DNA of 64,000 nt. Source: Planctomycetota bacterium (GTDB taxonomy: Bacteria; Planctomycetota; Brocadiia; Brocadiales; Bathyanammoxibiaceae). Position 1 is the first letter of the stretch, and each line of letters opens with the position of its first letter. Location of the stretch: NCBI GenBank assembly GCA_016209685.1, contig JACQVQ010000006.1:3184-67183 (forward strand), in the 5' to 3' direction. Positions 56,280 through 64,000 of this stretch are shown piece after piece. The notes under the pieces were generated by a model, which was not told where the DNA came from, searched no databases, and saw nothing but the letters and a program-made list of their open reading frames with translations. A program made the position numbers and the translations under genes.

Positions 56280-57617
56280 ATGCGTGTCCTTGCAGGCTTT
56301 TTGGCCTTTTCTCTTTTCATAATAGTAGGGGCAGGTTTGAAACCTGCCCTGCACCAGAACGGTGCAGGGCCTGCCCCTGCAACGGCCGCCGATGCCGGGC
56401 CAAAGCCTGTCTTGAATACGGTTAACAGGGAGTTTTGGACCTGGTATGTGCAGAAGATGCCCCCGGAGGATATAAAGGTGAGGGCCACTTGCCGGGGGAT
56501 TGGGCAGAACCTTTACGTGTTTGTAAACGATGTGGACTGGCTGAGACCCGTAACCCAGGCCGATGTGGACAGGATTATAGAGACCTTTGACCGTTCTACC
56601 CCCACCAACCCCCAAAAGGGGATATATCAGATTGCCACGGAGGCCTTCGGTCAGCCTCCCGATAAGGACGGCGACCCAAAGATATATATCCTTATCTCCG
56701 AGCTGGGGGAATTCAGGGGTCACCACTTTGACGGTTTCTTCCGTTACCTGGACCAGACCAATGAAAAGGGTAGTAACCAACTGGACATGCTTTGTGTAGA
56801 TGCCCATGACCCAGCCAGTGAATACCACCTGGGCGTCCTGGCCCATGAATTCCAGCACCTCATCCACTGGCGTTACGACCCGGAAGAAGAAGGGTGGGTA
56901 AACGAGGCCCTCTCGGAGTTGTGCATGATACTCTGTGGTTACTATACGGACAAACGCCACGTGGAGACCTTCCTTAAGCATACGGACAGGCCGCTGGTTG
57001 CCCCCGGTCATGGAGCCACCAGTTACGGGGCCTGCCTCCTCTGGGCCACCTACATCTACGACAGGCTGGGTCTGGAATTTATTGGCAGGTGGGTAAGGGA
57101 ACCAGGACAGGGAATAAAGGGTTTTGAAGACGCCCTTAAACACACGGCCGTAGGGGCAGGTTTTAAACCTGCCCCTACCTTTAATTCCCTATTTGCCGAC
57201 TGGATGGTGGCCCTTTACATTAATGACCCGGGGGTACAAAATGGATTATATGCCTATAAGTCCCTGTCTCTGCCCTTTGGTCCTTTTTGTGAGGACGTTA
57301 CCTCTTATCCGTCAGAAAGGGAGGGCGAGGTAAGCGGCTATGGGATTGACTATATCAGGTTTTCTTTACCCGCCTCAGGCGGACTTAGCATAACGGCGAA
57401 AGGTGATTCTCCAGGATTTTTGATAGAGGTAATAGAGCCCAATAAGGAGAACCCTTCTCTTACCAGGGTCAGTGAACATCAGGGCAAGGAGGCCAATATC
57501 CTGGTAGATAACCACGGCAGCCTCCACGGGGAAAAGGAGGTAGTCGTGGCCGTTACCGTCCTGGAGGCCACAGAAAAACCAGTAAGATATTATTTAAAGG
57601 CCACCCTGGAACAGTAG
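56280..57617 (+). CDS. Secreted or anchored HExxH zinc-metallopeptidase-like protein (family uncertain, possibly M30-like)
   Basis: The ATG at 56280 gives the signal/anchor MRVLAGFLAFSLFIIVG. The motif is GVLAHEFQHLIHW with a downstream NEALSE. Two palindrome copies are translated in frame. Confidence 0.6.
   Translation: MRVLAGFLAFSLFIIVGAGLKPALHQNGAGPAPATAADAGPKPVLNTVNREFWTWYVQKMPPEDIKVRATCRGIGQNLYVFVNDVDWLRPVTQADVDRIIETFDRSTPTNPQKGIYQIATEAFGQPPDKDGDPKIYILISELGEFRGHHFDGFFRYLDQTNEKGSNQLDMLCVDAHDPASEYHLGVLAHEFQHLIHWRYDPEEEGWVNEALSELCMILCGYYTDKRHVETFLKHTDRPLVAPGHGATSYGACLLWATYIYDRLGLEFIGRWVREPGQGIKGFEDALKHTAVGAGFKPAPTFNSLFADWMVALYINDPGVQNGLYAYKSLSLPFGPFCEDVTSYPSEREGEVSGYGIDYIRFSLPASGGLSITAKGDSPGFLIEVIEPNKENPSLTRVSEHQGKEANILVDNHGSLHGEKEVVVAVTVLEATEKPVRYYLKATLEQ
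56325..56354. repeat. GTAGGGGC... palindrome copy inside a CDS
   Basis: GTAGGGGCAGGTTTGAAACCTGCCCTGCAC, translated as VGAGLKPALH. Confidence 0.75.
57150..57178. repeat. GTAGGGGC...GCCCCTAC palindrome copy inside a CDS
   Basis: GTAGGGGCAGGTTTTAAACCTGCCCCTAC, translated as VGAGFKPAPT. Confidence 0.85.
57370..57382. repeat. CCGCC-N3-GGCGG palindrome inside a CDS
   Basis: CCGCCTCAGGCGG, translated within LPASGGLS. Confidence 0.7.
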
Positions 57618-57642
57618 GGGCAGGTTTTAAACCTGCCCCTAC
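57614..57642. repeat. GTAGGGGC...GCCCCTAC palindrome
   Basis: GTAGGGGCAGGTTTTAAACCTGCCCCTAC. It contains the TAG stop of the peptidase-like gene (57615..57617). Confidence 0.85.
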
Positions 57643-57710
57643 AACTGCCAATGTGGCAGGGTAAGGGCCCTCCTTAGGTGAGCTTAACGGCTTTTTCATC
57701 AAGGGCTGAG

Positions 57711-57738
57711 GCAGGGTAGGTTTTAAACCTGCCCCTAC
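57711..57738. repeat. Degenerate GTAGGGGC-type palindrome
   Basis: GCAGGGTAGGTTTTAAACCTGCCCCTAC. Confidence 0.7.
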
Positions 57739-57838
57739 AATGACCTTATATGACTGGACAAGCAGGGGTCAACTGGTATATATTTTGCGATAGCTTGTGT
57801 TTTATAATAGGGTCTGTATTTTATAATCAAGGACGGCT

Positions 57839-58339
57839 ATGATGGCTACTTATCATACAAATCCACCCAGGGTGGACAAGACCACCCCGGAAGAAGTCCC
57901 GTACGCACTACTTATTACTGACGAGGACGAGGGCTACAGGAGGTGTCTCCAGGAGACCTTTGAGCCCAAAGGCTATAATACTTATCTGGCAGGCAGCGGG
58001 AGAGAGGCCATTGAGATAGCCAGGGAGGTTATCCTGCACGCCCTTATAATGGATACCAACCTGCCAGACATCAGCGGCCTTGATACCTTTTGCTACATAA
58101 AGCGTGAGGTGAGACTGATACTGCCGTGCATCTTCCTTTCAGGGGAGACCACAAAAGAGCTTATGCTAAAGGCCCTTTCTGCAAATGCCTATACGGTAAT
58201 ATCCAAACCAGTGAACCTGGAGGTAATCCTATTTGCAGTGGAACGCTTGATAAAAAAATACTATCCTGGCAAAGGTGGCCCAGACCAGGGGTTAGGGGTC
58301 AGGGGTCAGGGGCCAGCAATCTTTTTCCCTAATCCCTGA
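57839..58339 (+). CDS. Stand-alone response-regulator receiver (CheY-like) protein
   Basis: LLITDEDEG acidic pocket, phospho-acceptor context HALIMDTNLPDISG, CIFLSGE, and the conserved Lys in VISKP. The C-terminal ~25 residues run through a repeat. Confidence 0.7.
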   Translation: MMATYHTNPPRVDKTTPEEVPYALLITDEDEGYRRCLQETFEPKGYNTYLAGSGREAIEIAREVILHALIMDTNLPDISGLDTFCYIKREVRLILPCIFLSGETTKELMLKALSANAYTVISKPVNLEVILFAVERLIKKYYPGKGGPDQGLGVRGQGPAIFFPNP

Positions 58340-58348
58340 TTTGCTGCC
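58288..58348. repeat. Tandem-unit repeat (GGGGTYA units) with complementary downstream segments
   Basis: GGGGTTAGGGGTCAGGGGTCAGGGGCCAGCAATCTTTTTCCCTAATCCCTGATTTGCTGCC. Confidence 0.6.
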
Positions 58349-58465
58349 TGAGGCGGATACCGACGCACGGCAGGTGGGTCTTAGAGGGTTTTCAAGAGTG
58401 GCTAACCCAGTACCCTGCGGTACGGGGCCAGGGTCACTCCAGAGACAAGAAAAGGAGAAGGATAC

Positions 58466-58759
58466 ATGAAGGCAAAGGTAAAACCACTAGGAGAAAAGGT
58501 GTTAATAAAGAGACTGGAGCCAGAGGAGAAGACCGCCGGGGGGATTGTCCTCCCCGAGACCGCCAAGGAGAAACCTAAACAGGGGAAGGTAATAGAGGTC
58601 GGGGAAGGGAAACTCCTGGATAGTGGGGAGCGGGTGAAGAGTTCCCTGAAAAAGGGGGATAAGGTAATATTTACTTCCTACGCCGGGACAGAGATAAAGG
58701 TAGAGGGGGAGGAATACCTCCTTATGTCCCAGGATGACGTCCTGGCTGTCCTGGAATAA
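58466..58759 (+). CDS. groES: Co-chaperonin GroES
   Basis: 97 aa. [43 protein letters not shown]. Confidence 0.95.
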   Translation: MKAKVKPLGEKVLIKRLEPEEKTAGGIVLPETAKEKPKQGKVIEVGEGKLLDSGERVKSSLKKGDKVIFTSYAGTEIKVEGEEYLLMSQDDVLAVLE

Positions 58760-58791
58760 TCTACTATAAACGGAGAGGAAGGCACAGAGAG

Positions 58792-60429
58792 ATGGCGGCA
58801 AAGAAGATACTTTACAGACAGGAGGCCTCTGAGGTTATCCGCAGAGGCATTAGTAAGGCTGCCCAGGCAGTAAAGGTTACACTTGGGCCCAAAGGCAGAA
58901 ACGTAATTATAGCCAAGAGTTTTGGTTCTCCTACCGTAACCAAAGATGGGGTGACCGTTGCCAAAGAGGTTGAACTGGAAGACCCGTATGAGGACCTGGG
59001 GGCCAGGATGGTCAAGGAGGTAGCCTCTAAGACCAGCGACGTAGCCGGGGACGGCACCACCACCGCCACTGTCATTGCAGAGGCCATCTTCCTGGAGGGG
59101 CTGAAGAACGTTGCCGCAGGTGCTAATGCCGCGGCCATCCGCAGGGGTATAGAAAAGGCCACTGAAAAGGTAGTGGCAGAACTTAACAGGATGAGCACCC
59201 CTGTGGCTGGCAAAAAGGAGATTATGCAGGTAGCTACCATCGCCTCCAATGGAGATACGGAGATAGGCCAGCACATCGCAAATGCCATGGAGAGGGTGGG
59301 TAAGGAGGGGGTCATTACTGTAGAGGAAGGACGGTCCATGGAGACTATGGTGGATTGGGTGGAAGGGATGCAATTTGATAAAGGGTATCTCTCCCCCTAC
59401 TTCATTACCTCCCCCGAGACCATGGAGACGGTGCTGGAAAGGCCGCTAATACTTATTCATGAAAAGAAACTCTCCCAGGCCAAGGAGCTTATTCCTTTAC
59501 TGGAAAAGGTGGTAAGGGCAGGACGCCCCTTACTGGTCATTGCCGAGGATGTGGAAGGAGAGGCCCTGGCCACCTTTGTGGTGAACAAACTCCGGGGAAT
59601 CCTGCCATGCTGCGCCGTCAAGGCCCCAGGTTTTGGGGACAGAAGGAAGGCCATGCTGGGGGACATCGCCGTGGTAACTAAGGCTAACGCCATCTTTGAA
59701 GACCTGGGCATCCAGCTAGCCAAGTTAGACCTCCCGGACCTGGGGAGTGCGAAGAAGGTGGTTATAGATAAGGAAACTACTACCATCGTAGAAGGGGCAG
59801 GAGAAAGGAAGGCCGTCCAGGGCCGCATAGAACAGATTAAGAATGAGCTGCAAATCACCACCTCCGACTACGACAAGGAGAAGCTCCAGGAGCGACTGGC
59901 TAAACTGGCAGGCGGCGTGGCCAGGATAAACGTAGGGGCGGCCACAGAGGCGGAGATGAAGGAGAAAAAGGCCAGGCTGGAGGACGCTATCCATGCCACC
60001 AGGGCCGCCGTGGAAGAGGGCATACTGCCCGGAGGTGGGGTTGCCCTACTCAGGGCCTCAAAGGTACTGGGTACCCTTGAACTGGTGGGGGATGAACGCA
60101 CCGGACGTGAGATATTGAGGGCCGCCCTGGAGGTACCTATCAAACAACTGGCCGAGAACGGGGGCCACGATGGCGAGGTAGTGCTCCAGAAGGTCAAGTC
60201 TCTATCAGAGGGACGTGGGAACCAGGGGTTTGACGTGGCGGAGGGACGATATACCGATATGATAGAGGCAGGCATCATTGACCCTACCAAGGTGGTAAGG
60301 AGTGCCTTACAAAACGGGGCCAGCATTGCCGCCCTCCTCCTCACTACGGATGCCCTGGTGGGGGAGATACCTGAAAAGAAGTCCGCCTCAGGCGGACCAG
60401 GCCCAGCCCACCACATGCACCCCCATTAA
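58792..60429 (+). CDS. groEL: Chaperonin GroEL
   Basis: [39 protein letters not shown]. It has an atypical C-terminal tail, [17 protein letters not shown]. Confidence 0.97.
   Translation: MAAKKILYRQEASEVIRRGISKAAQAVKVTLGPKGRNVIIAKSFGSPTVTKDGVTVAKEVELEDPYEDLGARMVKEVASKTSDVAGDGTTTATVIAEAIFLEGLKNVAAGANAAAIRRGIEKATEKVVAELNRMSTPVAGKKEIMQVATIASNGDTEIGQHIANAMERVGKEGVITVEEGRSMETMVDWVEGMQFDKGYLSPYFITSPETMETVLERPLILIHEKKLSQAKELIPLLEKVVRAGRPLLVIAEDVEGEALATFVVNKLRGILPCCAVKAPGFGDRRKAMLGDIAVVTKANAIFEDLGIQLAKLDLPDLGSAKKVVIDKETTTIVEGAGERKAVQGRIEQIKNELQITTSDYDKEKLQERLAKLAGGVARINVGAATEAEMKEKKARLEDAIHATRAAVEEGILPGGGVALLRASKVLGTLELVGDERTGREILRAALEVPIKQLAENGGHDGEVVLQKVKSLSEGRGNQGFDVAEGRYTDMIEAGIIDPTKVVRSALQNGASIAALLLTTDALVGEIPEKKSASGGPGPAHHMHPH
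60381..60397. repeat. TCCGCC-N3-GGCGGA palindrome inside the groEL 3' end
   Basis: GTCCGCCTCAGGCGGAC, a perfect 17-nt palindrome translated as SASGGP. Confidence 0.8.
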
Positions 60430-60448
60430 CGAGGGAGTTACGGCGGCA

Positions 60449-60475
60449 GTAGGGGCGGGGTAACCCCGCCCCTAC
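60449..60475. repeat. GTAGGGGC...GCCCCTAC palindrome (GGGGTAACCCC core); terminator-like after groEL
   Basis: GTAGGGGCGGGGTAACCCCGCCCCTAC, 20 nt after the groEL stop, followed by TACTTTTAT. Confidence 0.8.
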
Positions 60476-60543
60476 TACTTTTATGTCTGTCCTTCACGGG
60501 AAGTGGACAGGTCTTTATGCCCGTCCCTGCTATGAGAGACTGA

Positions 60544-61536
60544 ATGAACCCACAGACCCTACTCCTTGTGCTGGCCGTTCTTTTTACAAATATCCTCTCC
60601 AGGTTCTACGGCTTCTGGGTTATTGCGAGACTGAATACTTCCTGGAATAAGGGCCTGTTCTTCTGGCCTGCTATCTTAATACAACTGCTCGTCCCAATAT
60701 CTCTGCCGAAAGAACACCCCTGGCTCAAGTGGCTCCTGTTGTGCAACACCTGCCTCCATGCCTTCAAGCTCATTGATTATTACTACAGGTACGAGTCCCT
60801 CCCCGGAAAAGACAGAAATTTTAAGAGATTTTTTCACTCCTTTGAGTGTCTCTATACTGTAGATATAAGGAAAAGCTTTGTCACAAGCACCCTGACCCCC
60901 CCTGCAGGAAATGGAGGGAGGGGGGATTTTTACCTGGGATTGTTATACCTGGCCCTGGGGACGACATTCCTGCTCCTGAACCGCCACTCTGGATGGTGGA
61001 GGCTCTCCCCCCAGCTTGATTATCTTACGCTTGGCGCAGAATATTATTTCCTGTGTGTGGGACTGGTTGACCTGGGTGTAGGTATCCACAGGATGATGGG
61101 CTACGAGGTGGAAGGTTTCTTCCACGAACATGCCAGGGCCTGCTCTCCCGGGGAGTTCTGGGCCAGGTGGAATGTGCCGGTCCATGAGTGGCTAAGGGAC
61201 AACGTCTATAAGAGGTTTGGAGGCCGCAGGCACCCCTATCGTGGCCTATTCGCCGCCTTCCTTTTCAGCGGCCTGTTCCATGAGTACATCATAAGCCTGG
61301 CCTCTAATACCCTGAACGGCTTCATGGTGGCCTACTTTATGACGCAGTTTGTCTGCGTGGTCTTCTCTATCTCCCTGCATCGTTTCTTGAATCAATACCT
61401 CCCAGACTATTCAAGGATAAGGCTGACCAGGCCCTTCCTGGGTGTAAAATGGTTCCTGACCCTCTCTTGTGTCCTCCTCCCCGTTTCCCTCTTCATCCAC
61501 AACTTTAAGAAGGTCTTTCCTTTGCATACTTTTTAA
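60544..61536 (+). CDS. MBOAT-like (wax-synthase/AlgI-related) polytopic membrane acyltransferase
   Basis: A multi-TM protein. SPGEFWARWNVPVHEWLRDNVY...FLFSGLFHEY resembles the MBOAT C-terminal catalytic His region. Confidence 0.55.
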   Translation: MNPQTLLLVLAVLFTNILSRFYGFWVIARLNTSWNKGLFFWPAILIQLLVPISLPKEHPWLKWLLLCNTCLHAFKLIDYYYRYESLPGKDRNFKRFFHSFECLYTVDIRKSFVTSTLTPPAGNGGRGDFYLGLLYLALGTTFLLLNRHSGWWRLSPQLDYLTLGAEYYFLCVGLVDLGVGIHRMMGYEVEGFFHEHARACSPGEFWARWNVPVHEWLRDNVYKRFGGRRHPYRGLFAAFLFSGLFHEYIISLASNTLNGFMVAYFMTQFVCVVFSISLHRFLNQYLPDYSRIRLTRPFLGVKWFLTLSCVLLPVSLFIHNFKKVFPLHTF

Positions 61537-61662
61537 TCCTTTTCAAGGAGTTAAGATTTTTATTTTAGGTTCCAATATTTACAAAAAGAGCCCTTTTTAG
61601 TACCATTTTCTCTCTATATAACAGGGCATTAATTGATTTAGATTTAAGGAGGCAATAGAGAG

Positions 61663-62064
61663 ATGAGAATGGTTAACAGAGGGACTACTTTTCTGGCACT
61701 ATTTCTAGCACTGTTTCTTTCCCTGGAATCTACTACGTTGGCAGAGTGGGGTACGGCGGATAGTGAGGGCACGATATATGTAGCCCACTGGACCCATACC
61801 CCTGAAAACTGCCCTGGGAGGAGTAAAGAGGGGGCGAAGATGCTTAGCGACTTCTGGGCGAGCCGTGACGAGGCCGCCGGAAAGGGGATTAAAATCCTTG
61901 GCGCATATGTTACGGTAACGGAGCACGACTATTACATTATTGTCCAGGCCAAGGACTATGCCTCAGTGGTGGAATTCTTTTTGCCCCTCGTGCCTACCCA
62001 GACAGGCTCCTTCAGGCCCGTCCTCCCTATAGAGGAGTGGCTAAGGATAAATCAGCCGAAGTAG
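61663..62064 (+). CDS. Hypothetical small secreted protein
   Basis: RBS aaggagg and signal peptide FLALFLALFLSLESTTLA. I recognised no family. Confidence 0.45.
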   Translation: MRMVNRGTTFLALFLALFLSLESTTLAEWGTADSEGTIYVAHWTHTPENCPGRSKEGAKMLSDFWASRDEAAGKGIKILGAYVTVTEHDYYIIVQAKDYASVVEFFLPLVPTQTGSFRPVLPIEEWLRINQPK

Positions 62065-62195
62065 TGGCTGGTTTACTCTCAGTCTTTGCGGGTAAGGGAC
62101 TTGCCCCCTATACCCCCCCCCAGAAATGTATTTTTCTTCAGGGCCTAATCTGGTAGAATTGGGCGGTTGAGACTCTATAACCCATCCCTTTAACT

Positions 62196-62720
62196 ATGCC
62201 AAAGGATAAAGAATCCCTGGGGAAGGAACTCGTGGCCACTGCATACCTCACGGGAGATTTTGACCTCAGCTCGGGAAAGAAGAGCAAGTACTTCTTTGAT
62301 AAGTACCTCTTTGAGGCTGAACCAAGGCTCCTAGGGTGGGTAGCGGATTACCTCTCTAAGATGGTACCCCCAGGTACCCAGAGATTAGCAGGAATGGAGG
62401 TAGGGGCAGTCCCCCTGATAACCGCCCTATCCCTGAAGACTCATACACCCTTCGTCATTGTCCGGAAGGCCAAGAAGCCTTATGGGACGGCCCGCCAGAT
62501 TGAGGGCAGGCTCAACCAGAACGATGCGGTTGTCTTGGTTGAGGACATAGTAACCACTGGCCATCAGGCCCTGAAGGCAGTTAAGATACTACAGGAGGCA
62601 GGGGCAAGGGTGGTAAAGGTAATTTGCGTAATTGACAGGGAAGAAGGGGGCAGGAAGAATATTGAGGCTGAGGGACTCAGTTTTGAGGCCCTGTTTACAA
62701 GGACGAGCTTGGGCATATAG
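62196..62720 (+). CDS. pyrE: Orotate phosphoribosyltransferase
   Basis: 174 aa. FDLSSGKKSKYFFD, PRPP-binding motif VVLVEDIVTTGHQ, and CVIDREEGG. Confidence 0.9.
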   Translation: MPKDKESLGKELVATAYLTGDFDLSSGKKSKYFFDKYLFEAEPRLLGWVADYLSKMVPPGTQRLAGMEVGAVPLITALSLKTHTPFVIVRKAKKPYGTARQIEGRLNQNDAVVLVEDIVTTGHQALKAVKILQEAGARVVKVICVIDREEGGRKNIEAEGLSFEALFTRTSLGI

Positions 62721-62762
62721 TCATTGCCAACTTGCTACTGCTTACTGATACTGGAGTAGAGC

Positions 62763-64000
62763 TTGCAGGAAAAACCTATTCCATCCCAAGACCCCCTAGT
62801 GGGTCGCTACGCCAGCCCTGAGATGGTTCATGCCTTCTCAGAGAGGCGGAAGCACGTCCTCTGGAGGCGGCTGTGGATTGCCCTTGCAGAGGCAGAGTGT
62901 GAGCTTGGCCTCCCAATGGTCTCAAGAGACCAGATAGAGGAGATGCGGCGGCACGTAGAGGATATAGACTATGAGAAGATAGGAGAGATAGAGGCAAGGA
63001 TAAGACACGAGGTCATGGCCCACCTCCACGCCTACGGCCTCCAGTGTCCAAAGGCCAAGCCCATCATCCATCTGGGGGCCACGAGTGCCTATATCCTGGA
63101 CAATGCAGACCTGGTAATAATCCGTGATGGGCTGGAGGTCCTCAGACGGAGACTGGTAGGGGTGATAAACGAACTGGCCCGGCAGGCCTTCAAACACCGC
63201 TCCCTGGTAACCGTGGCCTTTACCCATTACCAGCCTGCCAACCTCACCACGGTAGGCAAGCGTATCGGTCTCTGGTTGCAGGATTTCATACTGGACCTCG
63301 GGGAACTGGAGTTCAGGCTTCAAAATTTGAGGTTCCACGGGGCCAGGGGGGCAGTGGGCACCCAGGCCAGTTTCATGGCCCTCTTTGATGAAGAGGAGAA
63401 GATAAAGGCCCTGGAGGGCCTGGTGGCGGAAAAGATGGGGTTCAAGGAGTCCTATCCGCTGGCGGGGCAGACCTATCCCAGAAAGGTAGACGCCCAGGTG
63501 CTGGCCTGCCTCTCAGGGATTGCCCAGTCTGCCCACAAGATGACCAACGACCTCAGGTTACTCCAGAACCTCAGGGAGATGGAAGAGCCATTTGAGACGG
63601 AACAGGTAGGCTCCTCCGCTATGCCCCAGAAGCGGAACCCTATGCTTTCAGAGAGGGTGACGGGCCTCTCCAGATACGTCATCTGCTCCAGCCTCAACCC
63701 CGCCTTCACGGCGGCCAGCCAGTGGTTTGAGAGGACCCTTGACGATTCCTCTAACCGCCGATTGAGCCTCCCGGGGGCCTTCCTGGCCACAGAGGCCCTC
63801 CTCAACCTGGTCCACAATATTGCCACCGGCATGACCGTTTACCCCAAGATGATTGACCGCCACGTCAGGGAGGAACTCCCCTTTCTGGCCATGGAACGTG
63901 TCCTGATGGAGGCCACTAAAATTGGGGGCGACCGCCAGTTACTCCACGAACGCCTGAGGGTGCATGCAATGGAGGCTACCAGGGTCATAAGGGAGGAAGG
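62763..64000 (+). CDS. purB: Adenylosuccinate lyase, 3' end outside the window
   Basis: This gene is not in the supplied ORF track because it is open-ended. My hand translation from TTG 62763 (GGAG lies 6 nt upstream; in-frame TAG at 62757) gives MQEKPIPSQDPLVGRYASPEM...HLGATSAYILDNADL...FTHYQPANLTTVGKR...GAVGTQASF...VGSSAMPQKRNP (the fumarate-lyase signature)... Confidence 0.9.
   Translation, partial: MQEKPIPSQDPLVGRYASPEMVHAFSERRKHVLWRRLWIALAEAECELGLPMVSRDQIEEMRRHVEDIDYEKIGEIEARIRHEVMAHLHAYGLQCPKAKPIIHLGATSAYILDNADLVIIRDGLEVLRRRLVGVINELARQAFKHRSLVTVAFTHYQPANLTTVGKRIGLWLQDFILDLGELEFRLQNLRFHGARGAVGTQASFMALFDEEEKIKALEGLVAEKMGFKESYPLAGQTYPRKVDAQVLACLSGIAQSAHKMTNDLRLLQNLREMEEPFETEQVGSSAMPQKRNPMLSERVTGLSRYVICSSLNPAFTAASQWFERTLDDSSNRRLSLPGAFLATEALLNLVHNIATGMTVYPKMIDRHVREELPFLAMERVLMEATKIGGDRQLLHERLRVHAMEATRVIREE

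Noticed and set aside
58381-58405. CIRCE-like heat-shock operator upstream of groES (TTAGAGGGTTTTCAAGAGTGGCTAA).
   Set aside because: Only the right half resembles GAGTGCTAA, and it carries an inserted G. The left half (TTAGAGGGT) does not match TTAGCACTC and is not complementary to the right half. The spacer is 6 nt rather than 9 nt.

Overview
This is a 64-kb chromosomal window from an LPS-making (Gram-negative type) bacterium with moderately high G+C. Most genes are on the + strand. I recognised no rRNA, tRNA, CRISPR array, transposase or integrase.

Housekeeping content:
- glnA-glnD, then a cysteine desulfurase.
- The replication block dnaA-dnaN-DUF721(DciA-like)-gyrB-gyrA (19.4-27.4 kb), followed by DUF2851.
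- rseP-dxr-ispG on the minus strand.
- A pentaheme cytochrome c and ktrB/ktrA-type K+ uptake genes.
- ruvC-ruvA-ruvB-queH-SpoIID-like-tgt-yajC-secDF.
- LysM and PQQ-propeller proteins and an AhbD/NirJ-like radical SAM.
- lpxD and lpxI, groES-groEL, pyrE, and purB (3' partial).

The most interesting part is the first ~13 kb. It is an accessory-looking locus combining arsenosugar-type organoarsenical biosynthesis genes with a selenocysteine-based thiol-redox set.
- Biosynthesis genes: DUF2064/TIGR04282-like and GT2/TIGR04283-like transferases, DUF547, and an unusual single polypeptide fusing a PqqD/RRE-like domain, a radical SAM + SPASM core and a full ArsM/AS3MT-type methyltransferase.
- Redox set: cytoplasmic TrxA, a DsbD-like membrane conduit, two secreted TlpA-like proteins, one secreted DUF3179 protein and secreted HMA metal binders.
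- In the two TlpA-like proteins and DUF3179, an in-frame UGA replaces the first Cys of the CxxC motif (U-P-x-C). Each UGA is followed by a 17-19 nt hairpin with a GGU loop at SECIS distance.

The window is also saturated with palindromic repeat families:
- Hairpins whose arms are tandem 7-8 nt units.
- GTAGGGGC...GCCCCTAC palindromes.
- TCCGCC-N3-GGCGGA palindromes.
- A 56-nt double hairpin.

Several copies lie in frame inside conserved genes or supply stop codons.

Three low-G+C patches look like later insertions or replacements:
- An inverted ktrB next to a native ktrB stump.
- A UPF0175/DUF3368 toxin-antitoxin pair.
- An orphan membrane protein between lpxD and lpxI.

All family assignments come from reading motifs by eye. 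No database search was run.
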